This document shows positions 47,596 to 58,788 of a DNA stretch of 64,000 bases, one piece after another. The notes beneath the pieces are model-generated. The model saw nothing but the letters and a program-made list of their open reading frames with translations. It had not been told where the DNA came from and did not search any database. The DNA is from an uncultured Alphaproteobacteria bacterium (lineage in GTDB: Bacteria > Pseudomonadota > Alphaproteobacteria > Rhizobiales > Xanthobacteraceae). The translations under genes and the position numbers were made by a program. Location: NCBI GenBank assembly GCA_963746235.1, contig CAVVCE010000007.1:19854-83853 (forward strand), given 5' to 3'. Numbering within the stretch: the stretch's first letter is position 1; the number at the start of each line of letters is the position of its first letter.

Positions 47596-49503
47596 ATGCA
47601 AGAAGCACTATCCGACCCGGCAGACCGCTCAATTCCGTCGCAAGAGCCACTGGAACAGGGGAAACGCAGTCTTCTGATAAGGCGGTTCTGGTCGACGGCC
47701 ATCGGCTTCTGGGGTCGTCACGGGAGGCCCACCGCATGGATGTTATCTGCCGCGGTTCTAGCCATCATCCTATTCAACCTCGCAATGCTCTACGCCATAA
47801 ATTTGTGGAACCGGAAAATTTTCGACGGTCTGCAGGCTCACGACGCTGCGGCCGTCCTCTTCCTCTCGCTGATTTATTTTCCGCTCCTCATAGCAAGCGT
47901 GGGCTCGACCGTCGTCCAAGTCTATGTGCGCATGACGCTGCAGCGGCGATGGCGGGCGTGGCTCAACGGTCGGCTCGTCGACCGCTGGCTGGCCAATGGC
48001 CGATACTATCTGCTCAATCTGGTGAGCGGCGACCACAAGAATCCAGAATTCCGCATCGCCGAAGACGTGCGGATAGCCACAGAGGCGCCGGTCGAATTCG
48101 TCGCCGGAGTGACGACTGCATTCCTCTCCGCGGCGACCTTCGTGGCGGTACTGTGGGCGCTTGGCGGCACTCTCGATGTCCACGCGGGCACGGTCCATAT
48201 CGTCATACCGGGGTTCCTCGTGGTCGCCGCGGTGCTCTACGCGCTGTTGGCCAGCGGCTCCATGGTGCTGATCGGACGCCGTTTCGTCCCGGCATCGGAA
48301 GCTAAGAACCAGACCGAGGCGGAATATCGTTATGTTCTGACCCGGTTGCGTGAGAACGGCGAGAGCATAGCGCTGCTCGGCGGCGAGGAAGAGGAGCGCG
48401 CCGGCGTCGACCGCTCGCTCGGCAATGTTTTGCGGGCGTGGCGCGACCTCTGCTTTCAAAACATGAAAACCACAATGGTGTCGCAGACCAGCGGCTACAT
48501 CGCACCGGTGCTGCCGATCATTCTGTGCGCCCCCAAGTTTCTCGCCGGTGAATTGACGCTGGGCCAGGTCATGCAGGCGGCTTCGGCGTTTACGATCGTG
48601 CAGACCGCATTCAACTGGCTGGTGGACAACTATCCACGGCTTGCCGATTGGGCCGCATCGGCGCGCCGCGTTGCCTCCTTGATGGTATCAATAGACGCGC
48701 TGGAGCAGGCGGAAACCGGCGAAGAGCTCGGCCGGATCGAGCGGACCGAGGGCGAGGGGCCGGCTGAGCTGCGATTGCACGATCTCTCGGTTACGCTGGA
48801 TGATGGCACTGCGGTCGTCGACGAAGCCGAAGTCGCCATCATGCGCGGAGAGCGGGTGCTGATCGCGGGCGAATCCGGCACCGGAAAAAGTACGCTGGTC
48901 CGCGCCATTGCGGGGCTGTGGCCGTGGGGCGGCGGCCGAATCGAGTTGCGCCGTGGCGCTCGCATCTTCTTTTTGCCGCAGCGCTCATACGTGCCAACCG
49001 GCACGCTGCGTCGCGCCGCAAACTATCCGGACGCCGCCGAAAGCCGCAGCCGTGAAGACATCGAGGCGGCGTTCCGGCATGTCGGGCTCGATCATCTGAT
49101 CGATCGCCTCGACGAGGAGGCGCCTTGGGACCACACGCTCTCCGGCGGCGAGAAGCAACGCCTTGCCTTTGCCCGCGTTTTTCTCCACAACCCCGACATT
49201 ATTGTGCTCGACGAGGCGACCGCTGCTCTCGATACGGAAAGCCAGGACCGGCTCATGCAACTGATCTCCAAGCAGCCGTCCGAGACGACGCTGATAAGCG
49301 TGGGACATCGTCCCGAACTTGAGTCCTATCATAGCCGGAAGGTCGTCCTGGAGCGCCGGCGCGGCGAGACCCGACTTGTGAGCGACATCCGTCTGGCACC
49401 GAAATTCGGCCTGCGGGAATCGCTTTTACGCTGGTTGCCATGGTCGACATCAAGAAGGCCCGTAAAGAAAACAGAGGTCGCGGCGCCATCCGACGCGCCT
49501 TGA
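47596..49503 (+). CDS. Fused ABC transporter (SbmA/BacA-like TMD + NBD; YddA-type)
   Basis: 635 aa. N-terminal TMD with FWGRHG..., NPEFRIAEDV. NBD has Walker A GESGTGKST, signature LSGGEKQR, Walker B IIVLDEA. Confidence 0.85.
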   Translation: MQEALSDPADRSIPSQEPLEQGKRSLLIRRFWSTAIGFWGRHGRPTAWMLSAAVLAIILFNLAMLYAINLWNRKIFDGLQAHDAAAVLFLSLIYFPLLIASVGSTVVQVYVRMTLQRRWRAWLNGRLVDRWLANGRYYLLNLVSGDHKNPEFRIAEDVRIATEAPVEFVAGVTTAFLSAATFVAVLWALGGTLDVHAGTVHIVIPGFLVVAAVLYALLASGSMVLIGRRFVPASEAKNQTEAEYRYVLTRLRENGESIALLGGEEEERAGVDRSLGNVLRAWRDLCFQNMKTTMVSQTSGYIAPVLPIILCAPKFLAGELTLGQVMQAASAFTIVQTAFNWLVDNYPRLADWAASARRVASLMVSIDALEQAETGEELGRIERTEGEGPAELRLHDLSVTLDDGTAVVDEAEVAIMRGERVLIAGESGTGKSTLVRAIAGLWPWGGGRIELRRGARIFFLPQRSYVPTGTLRRAANYPDAAESRSREDIEAAFRHVGLDHLIDRLDEEAPWDHTLSGGEKQRLAFARVFLHNPDIIVLDEATAALDTESQDRLMQLISKQPSETTLISVGHRPELESYHSRKVVLERRRGETRLVSDIRLAPKFGLRESLLRWLPWSTSRRPVKKTEVAAPSDAP

Positions 49504-49728
49504 CGCCATGCCAAATGGTTTCTGTTGCGGCAAGGCGCGTAGGGGTCGCTTCGCGATAGATCGGGCAGCGGGTGCAAGCGGCTTCAGCCTCATCCGCCTT
49601 GAGAGATGTGGGTGCTTTGATCATGGCGGAGAATGACTTCGAAACGGTCCGGTTTCCGCGCTGGAAGCACGGAACCATTCGTGATCGTTCTTGTTTCTCA
49701 CCCGGCGCCCGCATCATGGAGAGTGGTC

Positions 49729-49908
49729 ATGCTGAACCTTGTTATTACGCTTCTCGTCATCGCCCTGATTGCCGGCCTTCTGGGCTTCGGTGGAATTGCC
49801 GGCGCTGCCGTCGGCATCGCGAAAATCATATTTTTTGTCGCGCTCGTTCTCTTTATCGTCTCGCTTGTGTTCGGTGGATTACGTGGCAGCTTCAACCGTC
49901 GCCTCTGA
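49729..49908 (+). CDS. DUF1328/UPF0391 small membrane protein
   Basis: [50 protein letters not shown], with a GGAGAG RBS. Confidence 0.8.
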   Translation: MLNLVITLLVIALIAGLLGFGGIAGAAVGIAKIIFFVALVLFIVSLVFGGLRGSFNRRL

Positions 49909-50297
49909 GGGGTCTTAGACCCATCGGGCGAAACTATCCTCGCGATCCAGCCCGACGAATACGACGGAAGAGTTAGGCGCGGCCACACAGTTGATGGGAC
50001 GCCCGACACGCGGCGAATTCGAAGTGGCTTATTCAAACGGTCAAATTCCACCGCTGCCTCTCAGGACGTCTCGTCCCGAACCATCACACGCCGGTGGTCC
50101 TTGAACGTGATCCGCCTGCCACACGCTGCGAGGCGAGTCCCTATATCGCTCCTCGCTTCCGGCAAGAACTTGCCCGTGGCACGACGCAACTTTGGAACGG
50201 GCGAAGTGGATTTCCTGAAGCTGTTCTGCAAGGGATTGAGTCAGCGACTGACCGAAGTCCGTGTTCTGTCGAACTCCGGGCAGCAGCGGCGCAGCAA

Positions 50298-50444
50298 TCA
50301 GCTAAAATAACCATCATAGATCGCAGTAAAAAGTCCAATTACAAGAAGCGTGCTTACGAGCAAAACGACCAACGCCGGCCGCCCAAGAAATCCACCGCGG
50401 GCTTCTACCGGTGTCCTGGTGATACGAACATCTGAGTTGTCCAT
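50298..50444 (-). CDS. Small single-TM protein
   Basis: 48 aa from MDNSDVRITRTPVEARGGFLGRPALVVLLVSTLLVIGLFTAIY. Confidence 0.35.
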   Translation of the reverse strand: MDNSDVRITRTPVEARGGFLGRPALVVLLVSTLLVIGLFTAIYDGYFS

Positions 50445-50821
50445 AAAGGCGTCTCCGTTTTGAATCGCGGGAAACGAACGGGGACGAGAACGGTTCCAAC
50501 CCTGGGGTCGCCGCCACATCGTCGAGCGAAGTATTGGCTGAGGCAGCCCGGGCGCTCAAAAGCCGAATAGAATCTTCAGCGCAATTTTCTGGACGAGGAT
50601 TGCCGAACGCGGGCCAGATCGGCAGTTGACGCGCGACGACAACGTCGAGGCCGCCGCTCATGCGCGACGGATCCCGGGTCGGGTCGTCCAGTTCCGCCGG
50701 GAGCAGATTGTAGAAATAATCGAAGCCCTGAGGAAGACACGAAGCTGCTCGCCCTTCCAGCGGATTTTTTGGCGATGAGTGTCGTTAGATACAATCCGGA
50801 CGTTACCGGCCGACGTAATTC

Positions 50822-52438
50822 TCATCCTGCAAGTAAATCCAGTAGCTTCGAGAACTTTGCGCTAACAGTGTTTCGACCACAATTCTTTGCCGTGTACAAT
50901 GCTGCATCAGCTTGCTCGAGAAGTATCCTCGGATCACCATCGGCATCCGCGGAAAGCGAGGCGACGCCAACACTGATGGTAACTCGACCCAACCCTCCCT
51001 GATTGTTAGGAATATTGAGCTCCACAACCGCCTCTCTCAGCCGTTCCGCAATCTTCAGGGAACTTTCTGCGTTCTCTGACGGAAGCACCACAGCAAACTC
51101 TTCTCCGCCGTAACGAGCGATGAAATCACCTGGACGCAACGCGTCTCGTGCAAGGCATGCGGCCACTTTTTTTAAGCAGGCATCGCCCTCAATATGACCG
51201 AAGCAATCGTTGAAGCGTTTAAAGTAATCCACATCGATCATAAGCAATGAAAGCGGCTCCCCGGACGAAGCACTCGCGGCCCATTCCCGCTCCAGCCTTG
51301 CGTCGAACTGACGCCTGTTGGGAAGGCTCGTCAAGCTGTCGACCTGAGCAAGGTGGTCGAGACGCTGATTTTTCGCCATGAGATCGTTTTCACGGTTCGC
51401 GAGCTCGGCTGCCATTCGACTGAGCGCGCGCTCGAGGGGAGCAAATTCTGGCGGCACGTTCAACGAAGAATCGGTTGCCTCATAGTCCCCCCGTCCATAC
51501 CGAGCTGCCATTTCGACGAGCTTACGCAGAGGACGCACAATGAAATAGTCGCCCCCAAACCAGGCACCCACCAAAGCGATGAATAGAGCGGCCAAAACGG
51601 CCACATAGGCGAGCCGCATCTGCCGGTTGACAGTTTTGAGCACTTGCTCTTCGTCGATTCCGACTGCGAGATAGGCGTTTGTATCGCCCAGCCTCACCGA
51701 TCCAAAGATCCGGCGCACACCGTCGAGCCCGATTCCGTCAAAACTTGCCGATTGATCGCTGAGAATTTGTTTGACAAGCGGATAATCGTGAATGTCTTCT
51801 CCGGTCGGTCGTTCGATCGCCGGAAACCGCGTTACCAGTGCTCCGGCTTCGGTCACTATAAGTGCGGTCGCCCCGGGGCGCTCCTTCAGCTCCGCGGCGA
51901 GACTCTCTATAGAGGCGAAATTCAGCGATGCAATCACCACAAATTCTGCACCGCCGTCCGCTTGGCGCTTCGGAAGCGCGGCTAGTAAGACCGGTTTGCG
52001 CAGTCTTGCACTCACTATGACATCGCTAACAGCAAGCTTCATCGAGGCGATCGCCGTTTGAAAATATCGCCTCTCGGCCAGGTCAACACCGACCAAAGCC
52101 GGTGCGGTCGAGCAGAATATGATACCCGCCGGCGAAGCAAGTGATAATGCATTGATGGATTCGTCGGCACGAATAAGTTCCTTCATCACGTTCGCGCAAA
52201 CGCTCGCATCTTTGCCAAATCTCGGCTGAGCGACAATGGCGGCGGTCATCACAATTCTCGCGGCGTCGAGAATCTGCGCCTGCATCTCTGATTCGTGACG
52301 AGCCAAATCGAGCAACGAGGTTCCGGTTATTTTAAACCGATCAGAACGCGCGATTTCCAGCCCTCTGACTCGCTCGCCAACAATTGGGGCGGTTACCAGG
52401 AGCACAAGGATCAATATTCGCAGGCGGAGGCTCACCAT
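50822..52438 (-). CDS. Diguanylate cyclase with periplasmic Cache-like sensor and HAMP
   Basis: Two TM segments flank a Cache-like region. GGDEF domain with GGEEF active site and an RPGD (RxxD) I-site. Confidence 0.85.
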   Translation of the reverse strand: MVSLRLRILILVLLVTAPIVGERVRGLEIARSDRFKITGTSLLDLARHESEMQAQILDAARIVMTAAIVAQPRFGKDASVCANVMKELIRADESINALSLASPAGIIFCSTAPALVGVDLAERRYFQTAIASMKLAVSDVIVSARLRKPVLLAALPKRQADGGAEFVVIASLNFASIESLAAELKERPGATALIVTEAGALVTRFPAIERPTGEDIHDYPLVKQILSDQSASFDGIGLDGVRRIFGSVRLGDTNAYLAVGIDEEQVLKTVNRQMRLAYVAVLAALFIALVGAWFGGDYFIVRPLRKLVEMAARYGRGDYEATDSSLNVPPEFAPLERALSRMAAELANRENDLMAKNQRLDHLAQVDSLTSLPNRRQFDARLEREWAASASSGEPLSLLMIDVDYFKRFNDCFGHIEGDACLKKVAACLARDALRPGDFIARYGGEEFAVVLPSENAESSLKIAERLREAVVELNIPNNQGGLGRVTISVGVASLSADADGDPRILLEQADAALYTAKNCGRNTVSAKFSKLLDLLAG

Positions 52439-52701
52439 GGAGCCACATCAAAAACTCTGCGTGAAAAGAAACCAGCCAGCATTGATTCATTCCCTCGCGA
52501 GCACCTTGTTTGACGCCGAACAATTACTCGGCGCCGATACTCATCCACAGCATAACAAGTACAGAAATCCGGCGTTGTAAGTATTGTAAGACATAATAGC
52601 ATGGTGTACGCGCAGACTACTATCGCAGCGATCTTGGGAACGTCCTAGATACCGAAGGCTTCGCGTCCCCGGAACCGCCGTTTCTCCCGGATCTCGTCGA
52701 T

Positions 52702-52860
52702 TTATTTGCCGGCAATCGCGAGCCGCGGGCTGATATTCCAAGACGAGACCCTCGACTGAGTGCCAAGGATGTTCACAACCATGATCGCGACGGAGATGGT
52801 GGCTGCGATCAAGCCGATGGCGGCGGCACTAAATCAAACGCTTGATGAGTCTCGTTACAT
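52702..52860 (-). pseudogene. Decayed Flp-pilin gene
   Basis: RLIKRLI in one frame, then a stop, then SAAAIGLIAATISVAIMVVNILGTQ in another. It resembles M.RLI.RF..DESGATAIEYGLIAA.ISVAII but the processing motif is destroyed. Confidence 0.3.
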
Positions 52861-53516
52861 GTTGTTCCTGGTGTTTAGGCTGACTACGGCCGATTGAGTT
52901 CCGTGTGGCTGCCGCTGTTGGCTGGCTAATTTGACGCCAACCCAACGCTAATGACCAACTGTTGTGGCGCGGTTAATTGGGACATCAGAGGCGGCTGTTC
53001 CGATTTGCTTATAAAGAGTCCACTTCCTAATTGCGTACATATGGACTCAATTGGACCGCGCGGCACGATATGCCGAGATGGGCTCAAGGTGCGAACCGGC
53101 GCGCACGTCGCTACAGGATCTGTTACATGAGTTTCGGTCAGGCTTGCAGGCCACAGCCGGGACGGACTGTGACTGAGGATACCGGGTTAGCTTTCCCTAA
53201 AGTCCCATCCTTCTTGGAACCGTCGAGCTAGACCAGGATGCCCAGCGTCTTAGGCCATGGCTTTGACCGAACAGGCCACCGTGAGTTCGCCAATCTGGCC
53301 CCACGGCTTCGCGAACGCTGGTATCCCTCCCAGCCGCTAGTGCATTCATCGGGATCGCCCGCCCATTCGCGCTCGTCTGTTGGATCGCCCCGCGACGCAA
53401 AGTATGGCGAAATGCCGCCAACGCTACAAAGTTCCCTCATGCCGCGCTATGAACGCGAATATTTCCGTGTGGACCAATTGATGCTCTGTATCTAAAACTG
53501 GCGCCGGCGCCGCCAC

Positions 53517-54797
53517 GTGGCCGCATGGCGCATGTACATCCGGGGAGCCGTTGTCTTGTTCGACCCATTCCGTCAGCCCTCGTTGGGGGAAGGGCCGGAA
53601 GGCCCAGCCAATCCAACTCTTGAGGGATCTCCGAACGGAATGCCCAATTCAGCCGCAGGGACAGCGGTCGCACCGGACTTCCTGGTTGGCGGCGGCGAAA
53701 TGGGCGCGCTCATGCGCGCGAAGAACTGGGCCGATACGCCACTCGGGCCGGCGGAGGTTTGGCCGCAAAGCCTCAAGACCGTCGTCCGTATCCTGCTGAC
53801 CTCGCGCTACCAGATGTGGATGGGCTGGGGCGCCGAACTGACGTTCTTCTACAATGACGCCTATCGTCCGACGCTGGGCGTCAAGCACGCGTGGGCCCTG
53901 GGTTCGTCGGCCCGCGACGTCTGGCGTGAGATTTGGCCCGACATCGGCCCGCGGATCGAGCATGTGCTCAAGAACGGCGAGGCGACTTGGGACGAGGGGC
54001 TTCTGCTTTTCCTCGAGCGCAGCGGCTATGCGGAAGAGACCTATCACACCTTTTCGTATTCGCCGTTGGCCGACGATAACGGCGCCGTCGTCGGCATGCT
54101 CTGCGTCGTCATGGAGGAGACCGAACGGATTATCGGGGAGCGGCGCCTTTTCACCCTGCGGGAGGTCGCGGCGGACATTGCGGGAAAGCAAAGCCCGACC
54201 GAAGTGCTTGCTGCGGTCGGACGTCAGCTTGGTGCCAACCTCAAGGACCTGCCGTTCACGCTTACGTATTTGTTCGACAGCGGCGGCATTGCGCGCCTCG
54301 CGTGCGCCACCGGGGTCCCGTCAAGCCATCCGATTGCACCGCCTGCGATCGATCCGGCAAGCGCCGATCCCAAGTGGCCCGTCAATGATGTTCTGACACG
54401 GCGGACGAGCTTGACCCTCGGCGTCGAGCCGCTCTTCGGCGGGGTGCCCCGCGGAGATTGGGATAAGCCGCCCCGTGAAGTGGTCATCGCGCCGATCGCG
54501 CGACAGGGACAGGACGCTCCAGCCGGTTTCGTTGTGGCCGGTGCCAATCCGTACCGCCCCCTCGACGCAACCTATCTCGGGTTCATCGATCTCGTCGCCG
54601 GCCAGATCGCCTCTGGTCTCGCTAACGCCAACGCATACGAGGCGGAGCGCCGCCGCGCCGAGGCGCTTGCCGAGATCGATCGCGCCAAAACTACGTTCTT
54701 TTCCAACGTGAGTCACGAATTCCGGACGCCGCTGACCTTGATGCTCGGCCCCCTCGAGGACGTTCTAGCCAAATCCGATACCAGTTTGCTCGTCTGA
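53517..54797 (+). CDS. Hybrid sensor kinase, N-terminal segment (sensor/GAF region to first H-box), separated from the rest by a +1 frameshift
   Basis: GEMGALMRAKNWADTPLGP...GAF-like region...FFSNVSHEFRTPLTLMLGPLE. A stop at 54795 falls inside the HisKA helix. Confidence 0.8.
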   Translation: MAAWRMYIRGAVVLFDPFRQPSLGEGPEGPANPTLEGSPNGMPNSAAGTAVAPDFLVGGGEMGALMRAKNWADTPLGPAEVWPQSLKTVVRILLTSRYQMWMGWGAELTFFYNDAYRPTLGVKHAWALGSSARDVWREIWPDIGPRIEHVLKNGEATWDEGLLLFLERSGYAEETYHTFSYSPLADDNGAVVGMLCVVMEETERIIGERRLFTLREVAADIAGKQSPTEVLAAVGRQLGANLKDLPFTLTYLFDSGGIARLACATGVPSSHPIAPPAIDPASADPKWPVNDVLTRRTSLTLGVEPLFGGVPRGDWDKPPREVVIAPIARQGQDAPAGFVVAGANPYRPLDATYLGFIDLVAGQIASGLANANAYEAERRRAEALAEIDRAKTTFFSNVSHEFRTPLTLMLGPLEDVLAKSDTSLLV

Positions 54798-54810
54798 TCA
54801 CCGGTCGCTG

Positions 54811-57800
54811 GTGGCCGTCGCCCACCGCAACGGCATCCGGCTACTCAAGCTCGTCAATACCCTCCTCGATTTCTCCCGCATCGAGGCCGGACGTGTCCAG
54901 GCCAACTTTGAGCCGGTCGATTTCGCCGCCTTGACGGCGGAACTCGCCTCCAACTTCCATTCCGCGGTTGAAAAGGCCGGGCTTCGCCTGGTCGTCGATG
55001 GCTCGATGCTGCCCCAACCGATCTACGTCGACCGCGACATGTGGGAGAGGGTCGTTCTCAATCTGGTTTCGAACGCGTTCAAGTTCACGTTCGAAGGCGA
55101 GATCACGGTCGAGACCAAGCCGTCTTCCGACGGCACCTGCGCCGAAGTCACAGTTCGCGATACCGGAACCGGCATTCCGGCCGAAGAGCTGCCCCATCTG
55201 TTCGAGCGCTTCCGCCGCGTCGAGAGCGCCCGTGGCCGCTCGATTGAAGGGAGCGGCATCGGCCTCGCCCTGGTCCAGGAACTGGTCAAGCTTCATGGGG
55301 GCACCATTCGGGTGGCCAGCCAGGTCGGCCAAGGCACCGCCTTCACGGTGGCGATCCCGTTCGGCAGGGCCCACCTGCCGGCTGAACGGGTCGGCCGGTC
55401 GCAGACGCCAGCCGCCACCACCAATGCGCGCGCCCAGGCCTATATCGACGAGGCCCTGGGTTGGCTGTCTGGTGACGCGGGCGAACCCGACGCGTTGCCG
55501 CCGCCGACTTCGCAAGATGTCGAAGACGTTACCGCCGTTGCCGGGGCTGAAAATCGGCTGATCCTGCTGGCCGACGACAACGCCGACATGCGGAACTACG
55601 TGCAGAGACTTCTGCGGACAGCGGGCTTCAGGGTTGAAGCCGTAACAGACGGCGAAGAGGCTCTGGCCGCGGCGCGGCGGGTGAAGCCGGATCTGGTCCT
55701 TTCCGACGTAATGATGCCGAAGCTCGACGGTTTCGGCCTGCTCTCCGCCTTGCGGACGGATTCCAGGTTGCGCGACACGCCGGTACTTCTTCTATCGGCA
55801 AGGGCCGGTGAAGAGGCCAAGATCGAAGGACTGTCGGCCGGGGCGGACGACTATCTGACCAAGCCGTTCAGTGCGCGCGAGTTGCTCGCCCGGGTGCGCG
55901 CCAATCTCGACATGGCAGTGCTGAGGCGCGAGGCCGTACGGGTCGAGAACGAACTGCGGGTCCAAGCGCAAGTAGCCAAGGACCGCGCCGAAAGCATACT
56001 GGCCAGCATCAACGACGGGTTCATGGCGTTGGACCAGCATTGGGGCTTCACCTACATCAACGCTGCCGCCGAGCGCATGATAGAGCGGGCCGGCGCGGAG
56101 TTGATTGGCAAGAATTATTGGCAGGAATATCCCGCAAGCGTCGGCACCACGCTTGAGACCAATTATCGGCGCGCCATGGTGGATCGGACGAGCGTCGCAT
56201 TCGAGCACTTCAATGCCTTGTGGCGCCGTTGGTTCGATATCCGCGCCTATCCGGCGCGCGACGGCGGCCTGTCGATCTATTTCCAGGACATTACCGAAAG
56301 AAAGCGCGCCGACGACGCGCTCCGCCGCATCAACGAGACGCTGGAGCTTCAGGTCGCCGAACGCACGGCCGAATTGCGGGCCAAGGAAGCGCGACTGCGG
56401 ACCATCTTTGAAACCAGCTTCATCTATCAGGGCTTGATGTCCCTTGACGGCACGCTGCTCGACGCCAATGCGACGTCGCTTGCAGGGATCGCGGCAGCGC
56501 ACGAGGACGTGGTCGGCAAGCCGTTTTGGGATACCCCCTGGTTCACCGGCACTCCGGACATGCCGGACAGGGTGCGAGCCGCCATCCCGATCGTGGCCGG
56601 CGGCGAAATCGTTCGCCAGGAGATACGAGTGAACCTTCCGGTGGGGGGCTGGCGATGGTTCGACTTCCAGATCCGGCCCGTCCGCGACGCGGGCGGCGCG
56701 ATCGTCGGCATCGTGCCCGAGGCGGTCGAGGTCACCCAACGCCGGCAGGCCGAGGAGACACTGCGACAGGCCCAGAAAATGGAAGGCATCGGTCAGCTCA
56801 CCGGTGGCGTCGCGCACGATTTCAATAATCTCCTGACTATCATCGTCGGCAACCTGGAGACGCTGCAGCGACAGCTGAAGGCGCAAACTCCGGATGTCGC
56901 AAATCTGGAACGCCCCGTCGACAACGCCATGCGTGGAGCGCAGCGGGCCGTGTCGCTGACCCAGCGCCTCCTCGCCTTTTCCCGCCAGCAGCCGCTCGAT
57001 CCCAAGCCGGTGGAGGTCAGCCGGTTGGTTACCGGCATGTCGGATCTGCTGCGGCGGACCATCGGAGAGCAGATCGCCGTCGAAACCGTGCTCGCCGGCG
57101 GCTTGTGGCGAGCGAATATCGATGCCAATCAGCTGGAAATCGCGATCATCAATCTGGCAGTCAACGCCCGGGATGCGATGCCCAACGGCGGCAGACTGAC
57201 CATCGAGACGTCGAACGCACTGCTCGATGAGAGCTATTCTGCCGATCAAGCCGAGGTGGTGCCCGGGCAATACGTCATGCTGGCCGTGACCGATAGCGGA
57301 ACCGGAATGACCCGCGAGACGCTCGTCAGGGCGTTCGAGCCGTTCTTTACCACGAAGGACGTCGGACACGGCACGGGCCTCGGCCTTTCCCAGGTATACG
57401 GCTTCGTCAAGCAGTCCGGCGGCCATGTCAAAATCTACAGCGAGGTGGGTGAAGGAACGACGGTGAAGATCTATCTGCCTCGCCTGTACTCGGACGAGGC
57501 GACGGCGACGGAAGAAACCATCGAGAAGATAGCGCGCGGGCATTCCGGCGAGACCGTCCTCATGGTGGAAGACGACGATGACGTTCGCGCCTACACGCGC
57601 GGGATCTTGCGCGAGCTTGGATACGACGTTCTGGACGCACCGAACGGAAAAGTAGCGCTCCAGGTCCTCGACCAGCACCCCGAAATCCAACTTCTATTTA
57701 CCGACGTCGGATTGCCCGGCGGCATGAACGGGGGGCAGCTTGCGGAGGCGGCGCGCCAGCGGCGGCGCGGGCTCAAGGTCCTGTTCACTACCGGATATGC

Positions 57801-58296
57801 GCGTAACGCGATTGTGCATGAAGGGCGCCTCGATCCGGGGGTGCAGCTGATCACCAAACCCTTCACCTACGCGGCGCTGGCCGGGAAAATAAGGGACATG
57901 CTTGATGCACGTGCCGGTGCGTCGCGCATTCTCGTCGTGGAAGACGAGCTTTTGATCCAAATGCTGGCAGTTCAGAATCTTGAAGAGCTCGGTTTCAAAA
58001 CCGAGGTCGCCGGCTCGGCGGCCGAAGCCAAGAGCAAGCTGCGATTGATCAATGGTGAGGTCGACGCCGCAATTATCGATATTGGCCTACCGGATGCCAA
58101 AGGCGACGTCCTCGTGAACGAGTTGCGCGCTATCTATCCCACGCTTCCAATCGTGATTGCGAGCGGACACCACGAAGCCTCGCTCCGCGAGCGATTCAAG
58201 AACCAGCAATTCATAAGCTTTCTGACCAAGCCGTACACGGTCGAGCAGTTGTGCTCGGCGCTTCGCTTCATCGGCATTTTCTCTCAGGCGCCCTAA
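54811..58296 (+). CDS. Hybrid sensor kinase, main segment: rest of HisKA-HATPase, REC, PAS-PAS, second HisKA-HATPase, REC, REC
   Basis: RLLKLVNTLLDFSRIEAG, LVSNAFKFT, DTGTGI, GSGIGL; REC ILLADDN...SDVMMPKLDG; PAS x2; AHDFNNLL, NLAVNARDAM, DSGTGM, GTGLGLS; then two more REC domains. Confidence 0.85.
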   Translation: MAVAHRNGIRLLKLVNTLLDFSRIEAGRVQANFEPVDFAALTAELASNFHSAVEKAGLRLVVDGSMLPQPIYVDRDMWERVVLNLVSNAFKFTFEGEITVETKPSSDGTCAEVTVRDTGTGIPAEELPHLFERFRRVESARGRSIEGSGIGLALVQELVKLHGGTIRVASQVGQGTAFTVAIPFGRAHLPAERVGRSQTPAATTNARAQAYIDEALGWLSGDAGEPDALPPPTSQDVEDVTAVAGAENRLILLADDNADMRNYVQRLLRTAGFRVEAVTDGEEALAAARRVKPDLVLSDVMMPKLDGFGLLSALRTDSRLRDTPVLLLSARAGEEAKIEGLSAGADDYLTKPFSARELLARVRANLDMAVLRREAVRVENELRVQAQVAKDRAESILASINDGFMALDQHWGFTYINAAAERMIERAGAELIGKNYWQEYPASVGTTLETNYRRAMVDRTSVAFEHFNALWRRWFDIRAYPARDGGLSIYFQDITERKRADDALRRINETLELQVAERTAELRAKEARLRTIFETSFIYQGLMSLDGTLLDANATSLAGIAAAHEDVVGKPFWDTPWFTGTPDMPDRVRAAIPIVAGGEIVRQEIRVNLPVGGWRWFDFQIRPVRDAGGAIVGIVPEAVEVTQRRQAEETLRQAQKMEGIGQLTGGVAHDFNNLLTIIVGNLETLQRQLKAQTPDVANLERPVDNAMRGAQRAVSLTQRLLAFSRQQPLDPKPVEVSRLVTGMSDLLRRTIGEQIAVETVLAGGLWRANIDANQLEIAIINLAVNARDAMPNGGRLTIETSNALLDESYSADQAEVVPGQYVMLAVTDSGTGMTRETLVRAFEPFFTTKDVGHGTGLGLSQVYGFVKQSGGHVKIYSEVGEGTTVKIYLPRLYSDEATATEETIEKIARGHSGETVLMVEDDDDVRAYTRGILRELGYDVLDAPNGKVALQVLDQHPEIQLLFTDVGLPGGMNGGQLAEAARQRRRGLKVLFTTGYARNAIVHEGRLDPGVQLITKPFTYAALAGKIRDMLDARAGASRILVVEDELLIQMLAVQNLEELGFKTEVAGSAAEAKSKLRLINGEVDAAIIDIGLPDAKGDVLVNELRAIYPTLPIVIASGHHEASLRERFKNQQFISFLTKPYTVEQLCSALRFIGIFSQAP

Positions 58297-58788
58297 TTCA
58301 ACGCTGACTTAGTCTGGTACGAACGCGACGCTGTTTTTGTCGGTGTTATGCTCGGACTTTTTTAACGCTTGGGTTGCCCGTTCTCTGCTACTACCGTACC
58401 ACGGTGGTGGAGGGCCGAAAGCCTGAGTCAAATAGACAAGACGGAAGCCAAGCGACTTCATCTCGAAAAACTAGCCGACATACGGAAAGCCAAACAAAAC
58501 AAAGCCACGGCGCCTGTGGGAGAGCAGTTCGATTCTGAGCGCCTGAGGAAGGCGATCCTATATCTCAAGAAACACCCGAAGCGCTAGTCCGCATGCTCGG
58601 CGCAGGCGCGTCGGCTGCCGCCCAAGCGCTGAAGAGGGCCGGGCCGCGCCTACCCACCGCCAAATCTAGGGAGCAAACGGGCAAGGAGGCACCATGCGAC
58701 CGGTACACCCGGGCAGCGACCGGCGTCGCCGAACGCCGGTTTATCCAAAGCGCCATGGGTGCATGGTCGAGGCTTGAATCGGGCAGCG

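Noticed and set aside
55792-57690. 632-aa minus-strand ORF inside the hybrid kinase gene
   Set aside because: Antisense shadow ORF.
58369-58587. 72-aa ORF downstream of the hybrid kinase
   Set aside because: It has a non-ATG start, no RBS and no recognisable motif. It is probably non-coding AT-rich spacer.
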